A stretch of 64,000 bases of DNA, from contig CAMVBK010000001.1 in NCBI GenBank assembly GCA_947165685.1, forward strand, positions 64,735 through 128,734. Reading direction: 5' to 3'. This DNA comes from an uncultured Bacteroidales bacterium. GTDB lineage: Bacteria; Bacteroidota; Bacteroidia; Bacteroidales; WCHB1-69. Shown one piece after another: positions 35,704 to 45,089 of the stretch. The position numbers and the translations under genes are program-made. The notes under the pieces are model-generated. The model worked only from the letters and a program-made list of their open reading frames with translations, was not told where the DNA came from and searched no databases. Numbering within the stretch: the first letter of the stretch is position 1; every line of letters starts with the position of its first letter.

Positions 35704-37905
35704 ATGAAGAGAATTACGGACAAGGCTATTTATCAGACGTTGAAAACGGTTTTCGGGTTTGACACGTTCAAGGGTGATCAACTGAAAATCATCAAGACAT
35801 TGTTGAAAGGGAAGGATTGTTTTGTGATAATGCCCACAGGCGGAGGCAAGTCAATGTGCTACCAGTTGCCTGCGCTGATGAGCGATGGCACGGCCATTGT
35901 CATCTCGCCTTTGATTGCTTTGATGAAGAACCAAGTGGATGCGATCCGCACGTTCGGGACCGACCGCGGGATTGCGCACTTCTTGAACTCATCGCTGAAC
36001 AAGGCGGAGATTTCTGAAGTCAGGAAAGATTTGCTCTCAGGGAAGACAAAGTTGCTGTATGTGGCACCCGAGTCCTTGACAAAGGAAGAGAATGTCAATT
36101 TCTTTCAAGACATCAACATATCGTTCTACGCCATCGACGAGGCGCATTGTATTTCGGAGTGGGGACATGACTTCCGCCCCGAATATCGGAATATTCGAAA
36201 GATTATCCAGCAGATCGGCAAGGATGTGCCGGTGATAGCTCTTACTGCCACGGCAACACCGAAGGTACAAAGCGACATTCAGAAAAACCTCGGCATGGAC
36301 AAGGCGGAGGTGTTCATATCCTCATTTAACCGCCCGAATCTGTATTACGAAATTCGGGAGAAGACGAAAGATGTTGACAAGGAGGTGGTTAAATTTATCA
36401 AGAATCATCCCGGCAAGTCAGGCATCATCTATTGCCTGAGTCGTAAGAAAGTGGAGGAACTGGCCGTGCTGTTGCAGGAGAACGGCATTCGCGCACTGCC
36501 GTACCATGCAGGGCTTGACTCTAAAACCCGTGTGCAGAACCAAGATGATTTCCTGATGGAAAAGGCCGAGGTGATTGTGGCCACCATCGCTTTCGGAATG
36601 GGTATCGACAAACCCGATGTCCGTTTCGTGATCCACTATGACATGCCCAAGAGCCTGGAAGGGTATTACCAGGAGACGGGCCGCGCGGGTCGTGACGACG
36701 GCGAAGGGCTTTGCATCGCTTTCTATGACCAGAAAGACCTGAACAAACTGGAGAAGTTTTCGGCAAAGAAGTCCGTGTCAGAGCAGGAAATCGTGAAGCA
36801 GCTGCTGGCCGAGACTGCCGCGTATGCCGAATCCACGAATTGCCGCCGCAAGCACCTTCTGCACTATTTTGGCGAGAATTACACGGAAGAAAACTGCCAT
36901 AACTGCGATAATTGCAACCATCCGAAACCCAAGATGGACGCATCGGAGCAGATTCAGTTGATGCTGGAGGTGATTCTGGCCGTGAAACAGCAGTTCAAGG
37001 AAGACCAGATCGTCGATATCATCTGTGGTAACAAAACCACGTCGATCCTGAAGTTTCATCATGAGAAACTGAAACAGTTTGGCGAAGGCATGGACTACGA
37101 TGCCAAATTCTGGTCCAATATCGTCCGTGTTTCCATTTTCGACAATTTGATTGTCAAGGATATAGAGAATTATGGCCTGCTGAAAATTACGGACAAGGGC
37201 AAGAAATACATGAACAATCCATATCCGATTATGGCAATCAAACCTGCATCGGAGGAAGACGAGGACGAGGATGCCGCAGTGGATGCCGTGGCCGGCAATG
37301 TGGAGGAGGCCCTCGACACCGTGCTATTCAGTCTGCTGAAGGATTTGCGCAAAACCATCTCCAAGGAGGAAAACCTGCCGCCGTTTGTCATTTTCCAAGA
37401 CCCCTCGTTGGAAGACATGTGCATCCAATATCCCATCACTATGGAGGAGATGACTCGGGTGGTGGGCGTGGGCCCTGGAAAAGCACAAAAATACGGACGA
37501 CGTTTCATCGAACTCATCAAACAATATGTTGAAGAGAACGAGATCGACCGCCCGCAGGATTTTGTGCTGAAAACGGTCGCCAAGAAGTCGGCCAACAAGC
37601 TGTTTATCATCCAAGGGATTGACCATAAGATCAGTTTTGAGGACATCGCCATCGCCAAAGGCATGGATATGGACGAGTTGCTGACGGAAATCGAGCATAT
37701 TGTGGCTTCTGGCGCTAAAATTGACATCTCCTATTATATTGACGAGGAAATCGAGCCTTATCACCAGGAGGATATCATCGATTATTTCGCCAATGCGGAT
37801 ACAGATTCCGCCGAGGAGGCCCTGCGCGTGCTTGGTGAGGATGAATATACTTTGGAGGAAATCCGAATCATGAGAATCAAATACTTGTCGGATGTTGGTA
37901 ATTAG
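35704..37905 (+). CDS. recQ: ATP-dependent DNA helicase RecQ
   Basis: FGFDTFKGDQ, MPTGGGKSMCYQLPA (Walker A), DEAHCISEWGHDFRPEY, RQC Zn-finger cysteines, and C-terminal HRDC domain. Confidence 0.95.
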   Translation: MKRITDKAIYQTLKTVFGFDTFKGDQLKIIKTLLKGKDCFVIMPTGGGKSMCYQLPALMSDGTAIVISPLIALMKNQVDAIRTFGTDRGIAHFLNSSLNKAEISEVRKDLLSGKTKLLYVAPESLTKEENVNFFQDINISFYAIDEAHCISEWGHDFRPEYRNIRKIIQQIGKDVPVIALTATATPKVQSDIQKNLGMDKAEVFISSFNRPNLYYEIREKTKDVDKEVVKFIKNHPGKSGIIYCLSRKKVEELAVLLQENGIRALPYHAGLDSKTRVQNQDDFLMEKAEVIVATIAFGMGIDKPDVRFVIHYDMPKSLEGYYQETGRAGRDDGEGLCIAFYDQKDLNKLEKFSAKKSVSEQEIVKQLLAETAAYAESTNCRRKHLLHYFGENYTEENCHNCDNCNHPKPKMDASEQIQLMLEVILAVKQQFKEDQIVDIICGNKTTSILKFHHEKLKQFGEGMDYDAKFWSNIVRVSIFDNLIVKDIENYGLLKITDKGKKYMNNPYPIMAIKPASEEDEDEDAAVDAVAGNVEEALDTVLFSLLKDLRKTISKEENLPPFVIFQDPSLEDMCIQYPITMEEMTRVVGVGPGKAQKYGRRFIELIKQYVEENEIDRPQDFVLKTVAKKSANKLFIIQGIDHKISFEDIAIAKGMDMDELLTEIEHIVASGAKIDISYYIDEEIEPYHQEDIIDYFANADTDSAEEALRVLGEDEYTLEEIRIMRIKYLSDVGN

Positions 37906-37947
37906 GATTTAGAACTTAGAATTTAGAACTTAGAGTTTAGAAATTGG
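37899..37947 (+). repeat. tandem heptamer repeat NNNTTAG x6 (+1 degenerate) filling the recQ / ompH-like spacer
   Basis: TAATTAG GATTTAG AACTTAG AATTTAG AACTTAG AGTTTAG AAATTGG. The first TAG is the recQ stop codon. Confidence 0.9.
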
Positions 37948-37950
37948 AAT

Positions 37951-38679
37951 ATGGAAGAAATGAACGATGAAATGACGAATGGGGTCGCTGAAAACAATGC
38001 GACGGTCGTGGATGAGAAAGGTTTTGTGGTGGTTGATGCACCGACGACGGTGTCGGAGGAAGAAAAGGCTCCGAAGGACAAGACTTCTGTGATGCACTGG
38101 ATTGTAGAAGGAGTGCTTTTGGTCGCAGTGATAGTGCTGTATATACTGCACTTCTGCTGCGGGAACGCAGGGAAAAAGACGGCTGTGGTGGCAAAACCTG
38201 CCGAAAAGGGCACCGGAGAGGTGGTGTTCATCAATATAGACACAATCAATGAACATTATGAGCTGGTCAAGATTTTGACGGACAGTATTGATTCGGAAAA
38301 GCAAAAGCAGGCAGTGGTGTTCCAGAACCGCCAGAAGGCATTGGAACAGAAGGCTGCAAATTTCGAGAAGAACTACAGTTCCGGTTCGCTGACGCCCCAG
38401 CAGGCCCAGTATGCACAGCAGAACCTTCAGGAGGAGAGTACGCGCTTGCAGAACGACTATGCGCAGGCCGTGGAGTCGCTGGAAGCCCGTTATACTGCGG
38501 CTTTGACCCAGATGGCCGACTCGCTGAATGCCGCTGCGCAGCGCATTAATGCCGCACACAATGCATCCTACATCTTCAGTTATCAGTCTGGCGGCCAGCT
38601 TCTTTACGCCGATCCGGCCCATGACATCACGAATGAAGTCTTGGATGAACTCAACAGATCCTTCAAGAAGAAAAAATAA
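37951..38679 (+). CDS. OmpH/Skp-like periplasmic chaperone family protein with N-terminal TM anchor
   Basis: Acidic N-terminus, TM helix, then a Gln-rich coiled coil and C-terminal ITNEVLDELN pattern typical of OmpH family. Confidence 0.7.
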   Translation: MEEMNDEMTNGVAENNATVVDEKGFVVVDAPTTVSEEEKAPKDKTSVMHWIVEGVLLVAVIVLYILHFCCGNAGKKTAVVAKPAEKGTGEVVFINIDTINEHYELVKILTDSIDSEKQKQAVVFQNRQKALEQKAANFEKNYSSGSLTPQQAQYAQQNLQEESTRLQNDYAQAVESLEARYTAALTQMADSLNAAAQRINAAHNASYIFSYQSGGQLLYADPAHDITNEVLDELNRSFKKKK

Positions 38680-38682
38680 AGT

Positions 38683-39273
38683 GTGACTATGGCTGACAAT
38701 CAGTTGAATGAACAAAAAGCGGAACTCCATTCTTTCGGGACTGTCCATATTGTGATTTTGTGTATAGCTTTCGGGGCTCTTGCGGCCGCCCTGGCATTTC
38801 TGGCCGTGTCCAACAGCCACCGGAAACAACAGGCCGTGGAGGTCGAAAACGCTTTCATGGACAGTTTGCACGTCTTCCCTCCGATTGACTTCGTGGACTC
38901 TCTTTACGGCAGAGTTGAAGTGAAGCGCTATGAGGACGAGACTCCGAAGGTGGTGCTGTATTACGTCTTGGACAGCGTGGGCAATCCCACAGAGGAAGTC
39001 GCACATGAGACGCATTTCTACGAGAATCACCAAAAGTACATTGACGGAAACCGCAACGACAAGGAACGAGACGGTTTGTGGTATGCCTACTATCCCGACG
39101 GCACGGTCCAGACCATGGCCCACTATGAGAATGGAAAGGAAAACGGACGATATACGGTTTATTTTCAAAATGGAAACGTAAGATACACAGGTGTGTATAA
39201 CATGGGTGTGCGTACTGGAGAATGGAGATTCTACAACGAGGACGGCACCCTGCTGAGAACGGAGAATTTCTAA
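38683..39273 (+). CDS. MORN-repeat (YwqK-like) membrane-anchored protein
   Basis: TM helix, then repeated G-x-W/Y...Y..G motifs (DGLWYAYYPDGT, NGRYTVYFQNGN, TGEWRFYNEDGT). GTG 38683 or ATG 38689 start. Confidence 0.7.
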   Translation: MTMADNQLNEQKAELHSFGTVHIVILCIAFGALAAALAFLAVSNSHRKQQAVEVENAFMDSLHVFPPIDFVDSLYGRVEVKRYEDETPKVVLYYVLDSVGNPTEEVAHETHFYENHQKYIDGNRNDKERDGLWYAYYPDGTVQTMAHYENGKENGRYTVYFQNGNVRYTGVYNMGVRTGEWRFYNEDGTLLRTENF

Positions 39274-39313
39274 CGATACTCTTATCAAACAAATAATTAA
39301 AAACTGAGATATT

Positions 39314-40693
39314 ATGGAATTACCATTTGCAGAAGCGTGGAAAATCAAGATGGTGGAACCCATCAAGAAGTCCACGAGAGAAGAAAGAGAAAAGTGGCTT
39401 GAGGAAGCCTACAACAACATTTTTATGCTGAAGAGCGATTATGTCTATATCGACCTTCTGACAGATTCTGGTACTGGTGCGCAGAGCGACCGCCAGTGGA
39501 GTGCGATGATGATGGGCGACGAGAGCTATGGCGGTGCCCGTTCTTTCTACCACATGAAAGACACCATCACCGAACTGACCGGCTTTAACTTTGTGATTCC
39601 GACCCACCAAGGTCGTGCGGCTGAAAATGTGCTGTTCAGCTATTTGGTGAAACCCGGTAACGTGATTCCTGGCAACGCCCATTTCGACACTACGAAAGGA
39701 CATATCGAAAGCCGCAAGGCCTTCGCGATCGACGTGACGGTTCCCGAGGCTTATGACACCCAGCTGGAGGTTCCCTTCAAAGGCAATGTCAGCCTGGAGA
39801 AATTGGAGAAAGTGCTTCAAGAGAACAAGGGCAACGTCCCGTTCATGGTGCTTACAGTCACGAATAACACGGTTGGCGGTCAGCCGGTCAGCATGAAGAA
39901 TATTCGCGAGACTTGCGAACTTTGCCACAAGTACGGCGTGCCGGTCAACATCGACAGCGCCCGTTTCATCGAGAACTGCTACTTCATCAAGACCCGTGAG
40001 GAAGGCTATGCCGACAAGACCCTGAGAGAGATTGCCTTGGAGATGTTCAGCTATGCCGACTGCATGACGATGAGCGCCAAAAAGGACGGTCTGGTCAACA
40101 TGGGCGGTTTCATCGCCACCAACAAGAAGGATTGGTACGATGGCGCCAAGCTCTTCTGCATTCCGTTCGAGGGCTTCCTGACGTATGGCGGCATGAACGG
40201 TCGTGATATGGATGCTTTGGCCGTTGGTCTGAAAGAAAACATTGAGTTCGACATGGTGGAGACCCGTATCAAGCAGGTTCAGTATCTGGCCGACAGACTG
40301 GACGAATACGGCATCCCTTATCAACGCCCTGCCGGCGGTCACGCCATTTTTGTGGATGCCGACAAGGTGCTCACCAAGATTCCGAAAGAGGAGTTCCCGG
40401 CCCAGACCCTTACGTGCGAGCTCTACTTGGAAGCTGGCATTCGAGCCTGCGAGATTGGCTACGTGCTTGCCGACCGCGATCCGGTGACTCGCGAGAACCG
40501 CTTCGGAGGCAACGATTTCGTGCGTCTGTGCATCCCGCGCCGCGTCTATACGAACAACCACATGGATGTTATCGCCGCAGCCCTGAAGAATGTGTATGAC
40601 CGCCGCGACACGATTACCCGCGGTTTGGAAATCACTTGGGAGGCCGAGCTGATGCGCCACTTCACCTGTCAGTTCAAACGTCTCGGCAAGTAA
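39314..40693 (+). CDS. tnaA: tryptophanase (beta-eliminating lyase; tyrosine phenol-lyase not excluded)
   Basis: 459 aa. N-terminal KMVEPIKKSTREERE...DLLTDSGT and PLP lysine region SAKKDGLVNMGG. Confidence 0.88.
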   Translation: MELPFAEAWKIKMVEPIKKSTREEREKWLEEAYNNIFMLKSDYVYIDLLTDSGTGAQSDRQWSAMMMGDESYGGARSFYHMKDTITELTGFNFVIPTHQGRAAENVLFSYLVKPGNVIPGNAHFDTTKGHIESRKAFAIDVTVPEAYDTQLEVPFKGNVSLEKLEKVLQENKGNVPFMVLTVTNNTVGGQPVSMKNIRETCELCHKYGVPVNIDSARFIENCYFIKTREEGYADKTLREIALEMFSYADCMTMSAKKDGLVNMGGFIATNKKDWYDGAKLFCIPFEGFLTYGGMNGRDMDALAVGLKENIEFDMVETRIKQVQYLADRLDEYGIPYQRPAGGHAIFVDADKVLTKIPKEEFPAQTLTCELYLEAGIRACEIGYVLADRDPVTRENRFGGNDFVRLCIPRRVYTNNHMDVIAAALKNVYDRRDTITRGLEITWEAELMRHFTCQFKRLGK

Positions 40694-40702
40694 TTGGACA
40701 CG

Positions 40703-41275
40703 ATGCTGATAGTAGGGAATGTCCTTGTCTCGGAAGAGCTGATTGACAAATGTTTCTGTTGCGATCTTGCGCAATGTAAAGGCATTTGTTGTGTTGAGGG
40801 TGACATCGGCGCTCCAGTGTCGCCCGAGGAAGTTGCTGAGTTAGAGGACTTTTATCCTGATTATAGTAAATATATGACAGAGGAAGGTGTCGCCGTCGTG
40901 GAAAACGGCGGCACCTTTGTCTTCAATGGAGACGACTCCTTTGAAACCCCGTTAGTGGAAAGCAACGATGCGTGCGCTTTCGCCTTTTTCGAAGACGGGG
41001 TCGCGAAATGTGCCATTGAAAAGTGCTTCCGCCTCGGTGAAATTCCGTTCAGGAAGCCAATCTCCTGTTACCTGTACCCGATTCGGGTCAGCAGGGTGGG
41101 GGAGTATGAGGCGTTGAACTATGACCATTGGTCGATTTGCAAGACGGCCGTGGAGAACGGCAATCGCCTGAAGCTGCCTGTCTATCGTTTCCTGAAGGAG
41201 CCGCTGATTGCCAAGTATGGCGCAGAATGGTTCGCTGAATTGGAGGAGATGGTCTCCCTTCGTTCAAAGGTTTGA
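40703..41275 (+). CDS. DUF3109 family Cys-rich protein
   Basis: CCDLAQCKGICCVEGDIGAP motif. TTG 40694 is an alternative start. Confidence 0.7.
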   Translation: MLIVGNVLVSEELIDKCFCCDLAQCKGICCVEGDIGAPVSPEEVAELEDFYPDYSKYMTEEGVAVVENGGTFVFNGDDSFETPLVESNDACAFAFFEDGVAKCAIEKCFRLGEIPFRKPISCYLYPIRVSRVGEYEALNYDHWSICKTAVENGNRLKLPVYRFLKEPLIAKYGAEWFAELEEMVSLRSKV

Positions 41276-41290
41276 GCGTTAATCTTTGAA

Positions 41291-41338
41291 TAAACTTCTA
41301 AACTCATAAACTTTCTAAACCCGTAAACTTTCTAAACC
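41291..41338 (+). repeat. tandem TAAAC(T)TTC-type repeat (six TAAAC cores at 8-9 bp spacing; three ~16-17 bp units)
   Basis: TAAACTTCTAAACTCA TAAACTTTCTAAACCCG TAAACTTTCTAAACC, immediately upstream of the dnaN promoter box. Confidence 0.85.
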
Positions 41339-41349
41339 AAAAAAAAGTA

Positions 41350-41357
41350 TATCTTTG
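41350..41357 (+). promoter_or_regulatory. -7 promoter box (TATCTTTG)
   Basis: 28 nt upstream of dnaN ATG 41385. Confidence 0.5.
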
Positions 41358-41384
41358 CGGTTTGAAATAAAAAGAAAAGACAGT

Positions 41385-42515
41385 ATGAAATTCATCGTAT
41401 CGAGCGACTTGTTATATCGCAATTTAAGCGCCATCAACGGCGTGATGGGGACGAACAGCACGATGCCCATCCTGGAAAATTTTTTAGTCACTATTGAAGG
41501 TAACCAGTTGAAACTCACAGCCTCGGATCTGGAGTCCACGATGACGTCTGTCATAGAGCTGGAAAATGTGGAAGGCGAAGGCTCGGTGGCCGTCCCGGCA
41601 AAGATTTTGCTTGAGACGCTGAAACTGATGCCGGATATGCCGTTGGTGTTCGCCATCGACACGGAAAACAACATCTTGAAGTTTTCATCGGCGAACGGCG
41701 AATATGGTGCCCCTTGTTTTCCGAGCGATGAGTATCCGAAGGTGAAGCCGATAGAGAATCCCCAAAGCTTTGATATCCGTGCGTCGGTGCTCCAGCGTGC
41801 CATCAGCAAGACAATATTCGCTACTGGCAATGATGAGCTGCGCCCGAATATGATGGGGGTGCTTTGTGAGTTGTCCGCAGAAAACGTCACGTTTGTGGCC
41901 ACTGATGCGCATAAACTGGTTCGTTATCGCAATTCCGAGGTGCATGTTGACGATTTCTCGTCATTCATTCTGCCGAAAAAGCCCATGGCGCATCTTAAGA
42001 ACATTTTGGCGAACCATTCCGAGATGGTGCAGGTTGACTATTCCCAGGAAACGCATCATATTCGCTTCTCATTCAGCAATTATGAGCTCTATTCTTCGCT
42101 GAAGGAGGGAAAATATCCTAATTATGAACAAGTCATACCCAAATTGAACCCGAATGTCCTGACCATCGGTCGCGATGAGTTTCTGAAGTCCATCCGCCGT
42201 TTGGGTAACTACTCCAGCCAATCCACATTCCAAGTCCGCCTCACTTTGAACGACACTGGCTTGAACATGACCGCCGAGGATATGGACTTTTCCTACAAAG
42301 GAGCAGAGAATATTCAGTGTGAGTATCAAGGAGAACCGATGGAGATTGGCTTCAACTCACGTTTCTTGCGCGAGATGGTGGAGAATTTGGACGTTGACAC
42401 GATTGTGATGTCTTTCTCTACCGCACAAAGAGCAGCGCTGATTTCTCCGGCCATTCAACATGACGAAAACGAGGATGTGCTGATGTTGATTATGCCGGTG
42501 ATGTTGAATAATTAG
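41385..42515 (+). CDS. dnaN: DNA polymerase III subunit beta (sliding clamp)
   Basis: MKFIVSSDLLYRNLSAINGV start, three-domain clamp length (376 aa), C-terminal LIMPVMLN. Confidence 0.93.
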   Translation: MKFIVSSDLLYRNLSAINGVMGTNSTMPILENFLVTIEGNQLKLTASDLESTMTSVIELENVEGEGSVAVPAKILLETLKLMPDMPLVFAIDTENNILKFSSANGEYGAPCFPSDEYPKVKPIENPQSFDIRASVLQRAISKTIFATGNDELRPNMMGVLCELSAENVTFVATDAHKLVRYRNSEVHVDDFSSFILPKKPMAHLKNILANHSEMVQVDYSQETHHIRFSFSNYELYSSLKEGKYPNYEQVIPKLNPNVLTIGRDEFLKSIRRLGNYSSQSTFQVRLTLNDTGLNMTAEDMDFSYKGAENIQCEYQGEPMEIGFNSRFLREMVENLDVDTIVMSFSTAQRAALISPAIQHDENEDVLMLIMPVMLNN

Positions 42516-42541
42516 TGGTGTAGAAAACCACAAATCAAAAA

Positions 42542-42871
42542 GGAAAACCGAGTTGTCGCGGCCGCAAGGCTGAGGAAAGTCCGGGCAACGCAGAGCACCA
42601 TACTTCCTAACGGGAAGGCGCGCGCGAGCGTGACAGACAGTGCCACAGAAAGGATACCGCCCGTCCATCGGGTAAGGGTGAAAACGTGAGGTAAGAGCTC
42701 ACGCCGTCGTCAGTGATGCCGGCGGAGGTAAACCTTATGGGTTGAAAGACCAAATAAACCGGGGCTTGAGGGCTGCTCGTCCGACCCGGAGGGTAGGTTG
42801 ATAGAGGCATGCGGTGACGCATGTTCGAGATAAATGACAACATAGAACAGAACCCGGCTTACGGGTTTTCC
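42542..42871 (+). ncRNA. rnpB: RNase P RNA, bacterial type A
   Basis: Universally conserved GAGGAAAGTCCGGGC, GGTAAGGGTGAAA...GGTAAGAGCTCAC and ACAGAACCCGGCTTA blocks. P1 stem GGAAAACCG/CGGGTTTTCC, then a T-run. Confidence 0.93.
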
Positions 42872-42878
42872 TTTTTTT

Positions 42879-43244
42879 TTACCACCTGGGTTTGAAGGCA
42901 TTTTCAATGTGCCTGACATCCTGCATCTCCGGACTGTTGACCACAGAAATGATGTCAAAACGAATTTCTTTCGTAACATTCTTGAATTGGGCATAGTATT
43001 TTGCCGCCCGGATTAATCGTTTCTGTTTTTGTAAATCTACAAATAGCTCCGGATTCCCGAAAGCGGTACCCTTTCTTGTCTTTACTTCGATGATGACGAG
43101 GTATTTGTCGTCTTCCGCGATGATGTCCACCTCAAGGTGGCCGCAACGCCAGTTCCGTTCTAAAATTCTATACCCTTTCTGTAGTAAAAGGTTTGTGGCA
43201 AGGTCTTCGCCTAAAATGCCTTGTAGTTGTTTTTCCGTTTTCAT
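42879..43244 (-). CDS. yraN: YraN family (UPF0102) endonuclease-like protein
   Basis: GEDLATNLLLQKGYRILERNWRCGHLEVDIIAEDDKYLVIIEVKTR signature. Start set at MKTEKQ. Confidence 0.85.
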   Translation of the reverse strand: MKTEKQLQGILGEDLATNLLLQKGYRILERNWRCGHLEVDIIAEDDKYLVIIEVKTRKGTAFGNPELFVDLQKQKRLIRAAKYYAQFKNVTKEIRFDIISVVNSPEMQDVRHIENAFKPRW

Positions 43245-43275
43245 TGTTTTTATTTTAGTGAATAAAAATGCGCTG

Positions 43276-43283
43276 CAAATATA
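43276..43283 (-). promoter_or_regulatory. -7 promoter box (TATATTTG on minus strand)
   Basis: 32 nt upstream of yraN ATG 43244. Confidence 0.45.
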
Positions 43284-43446
43284 TAAAAAATCTAATTGTG
43301 GAAGCATTCTGATTTGATTTTTCTGCGAAAATATCCTTCGGAAATTTACTAATCGTGTTTGAATTGTTAATTTGAAATCGTTATCTTATTGGTTTTGAGG
43401 AAGAAAAAAAATATTCAAAACTCTTGACAGATCTTCCTTTTTGATG

Positions 43447-43454
43447 TATATTTG
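43447..43454 (+). promoter_or_regulatory. -7 promoter box (TATATTTG)
   Basis: 57 nt upstream of ATG 43511. Confidence 0.4.
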
Positions 43455-43510
43455 CCGTCGGAATGAGGAGGTTTTGGGGATGGGGTAATCATGAAAAAGC
43501 AAAATATAAT

Positions 43511-44788
43511 ATGAAGGAAGAATTTCTGCATTATGTGTGGCAGCATCGCCACTTCGATTTTTTGAATGCCAGTACGACTGATGGAAAGAGTCTGGAGATT
43601 GTCCATCCTGGTGTGCATAATGATGACGCGGGACCGGATTTTTTACAATCCGTGGTTGTCATTGGCGGAATGCGCTGGGTCGGCAGCGTGGAGATTCATT
43701 GTCGCAGTTCGGATTGGCTACGTCATGGGCACCAGTATGACGAAAAGTACCATTCGGTGATTCTGCATGTGGTGTATGAGCATGATATGGATATTCAACT
43801 TGTTGGAGATGAGATTGTTCCTACATTTGAACTTAAGGGCAAGATTCCTAAGGAAATGTTCCAGCGTTACAATAGTTTGTTGGGAGAGCCAGACTTGCTG
43901 TTGTGCCGTTCCTATTTGGAGAACTTTGATCCGATGGTTGTTCAGAATCAGGTTTCCAGTGTTTTGGTGGAGCGCATGATTCGCAGGCATGATGAGTTGA
44001 CATGTGTTTTAGACAAGTGCCAAAAGGATTGGAAAGAGTTGATATATAGAATGTTGGCAGTGGCTTTTGGTTGCAAGAAGAACGGTGTTGCGTTCGAACT
44101 GTTGGCGCAAAGCCTGTCCTATCGGGTGGTTCGTTTGCACCAGGCCTCCCAGTTGCAGTTGTATGCGTTGCTGTTCGGCCAGTCAGGGCTGTTGGACGTG
44201 CATGAAGGGGACCTGTATGCAGAAAAACTGTCGTACGAATACAGCTATTTGCGTTACAAGTACCGGTTGGATCCCATCGGGGCGCATCAGTGGAATTGGC
44301 TTCGGCTGCGCCCGCAAAACTTCCCAACGCTGCGTATCGCGCAGTTCGCGCAGCTGCTTTATGAAACAGGGGATGCGCTGATGGATTATATGCTGAGGTC
44401 GCCATATCCGGTTTTGCGGCAATGGTTGTCGGTGGCTCCCGACTGCTATTGGGAGACCCATTATCAGTTCGGGAAAGAGACGGTGAGGCATTCGTCTGGA
44501 TTGGGCTCTACCACGGTCGATTCACTGATTGTCAACACGGTAGTGCCGATACGGTTCGGCTACGCGCGTTTCTCTGGGGATGAGGCTATGCAGGAAGATG
44601 CCCTGGAACTGCTTGAACGGGTTGGATATGAGGACAATAGTGTCACGCGCATATTCAGTGACAGTTCTTTTCCTTGTGGCAGTGCGTACGATTCTCAAGC
44701 GCAGATTGAGCTTATGAATCACTATTGCTCAAAAAAGCAGTGTCTCAGATGTGCGATAGGGGAGAAAGTGGTTCGGAAAAGCAAGTGA
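43511..44788 (+). CDS. DUF2851 family protein
   Basis: MKEEFLHYVWQHRHF...GPDF...VEIHCRSSDWLRHGH N-terminal signature of DUF2851. Confidence 0.8.
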   Translation: MKEEFLHYVWQHRHFDFLNASTTDGKSLEIVHPGVHNDDAGPDFLQSVVVIGGMRWVGSVEIHCRSSDWLRHGHQYDEKYHSVILHVVYEHDMDIQLVGDEIVPTFELKGKIPKEMFQRYNSLLGEPDLLLCRSYLENFDPMVVQNQVSSVLVERMIRRHDELTCVLDKCQKDWKELIYRMLAVAFGCKKNGVAFELLAQSLSYRVVRLHQASQLQLYALLFGQSGLLDVHEGDLYAEKLSYEYSYLRYKYRLDPIGAHQWNWLRLRPQNFPTLRIAQFAQLLYETGDALMDYMLRSPYPVLRQWLSVAPDCYWETHYQFGKETVRHSSGLGSTTVDSLIVNTVVPIRFGYARFSGDEAMQEDALELLERVGYEDNSVTRIFSDSSFPCGSAYDSQAQIELMNHYCSKKQCLRCAIGEKVVRKSK

Positions 44789-44869
44789 AAATGGAGGATG
44801 AGGCTTGTCTTGCCGAAATTCCGAAATCTACCGTGGTTAAAAAAAGTGTATTTTCGCGGCGGCAAATCT

Positions 44870-44906
44870 CTAAGGTTTGTGTAGCTTGTTTACGGAGTAA
44901 AGTTAT
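44870..44906 (+). repeat. 37-bp direct repeat, copy 1 (left flank of IS)
   Basis: CTAAGGTTTGTGTAGCTTGTTTACGGAGTAAAGTTAT, identical to 46353-46389. Confidence 0.95.
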
Positions 44907-45062
44907 GGGGATCTCTAATTATTTCTTCCTGATTAACAGCTTCTTATGAGCTGAAATCCGCTGAAAACGACACCTAAAATCCCCGTTTCGGTCAACTTGC
45001 TACAGATGAACTTTTTATGGTGAAAATTTCTCGCAACCCATTGTCATTCAAAGAATTATTTG

Positions 45063-45070
45063 TATATTTG
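45063..45070 (+). promoter_or_regulatory. -7 promoter box (TATATTTG) inside the IS
   Basis: 20 nt upstream of transposase ATG 45090. Confidence 0.45.
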
Positions 45071-45089
45071 CGGCAAATTAGAAAGGACA

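Noticed and set aside
37930-39375. 481-aa ORF antisense across two genes (ompH-like and MORN).
   Set aside because: Both sense genes happen to share the same frame (1 mod 3), and the antisense ORF ends soon after entering tnaA, which is in a different frame. The sense products have recognisable OmpH-type and MORN-type sequence.
39320-40774. 484-aa ORF antisense to the whole of tnaA.
   Set aside because: The ORF is codon-aligned with the sense gene (39320 and 39314 are both 2 mod 3). Antisense stops in that frame arise only from sense TTA, CTA or TCA codons, which this codon-biased gene avoids. The translated product is low-complexity and Val/His/Arg-rich. The sense strand has an unmistakable tryptophanase sequence.
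42607-42994. Minus-strand ORFs of 78 and 94 aa overlapping 42542-42871.
   Set aside because: The region is RNase P RNA, with all universally conserved blocks present. The ORFs are by-products.
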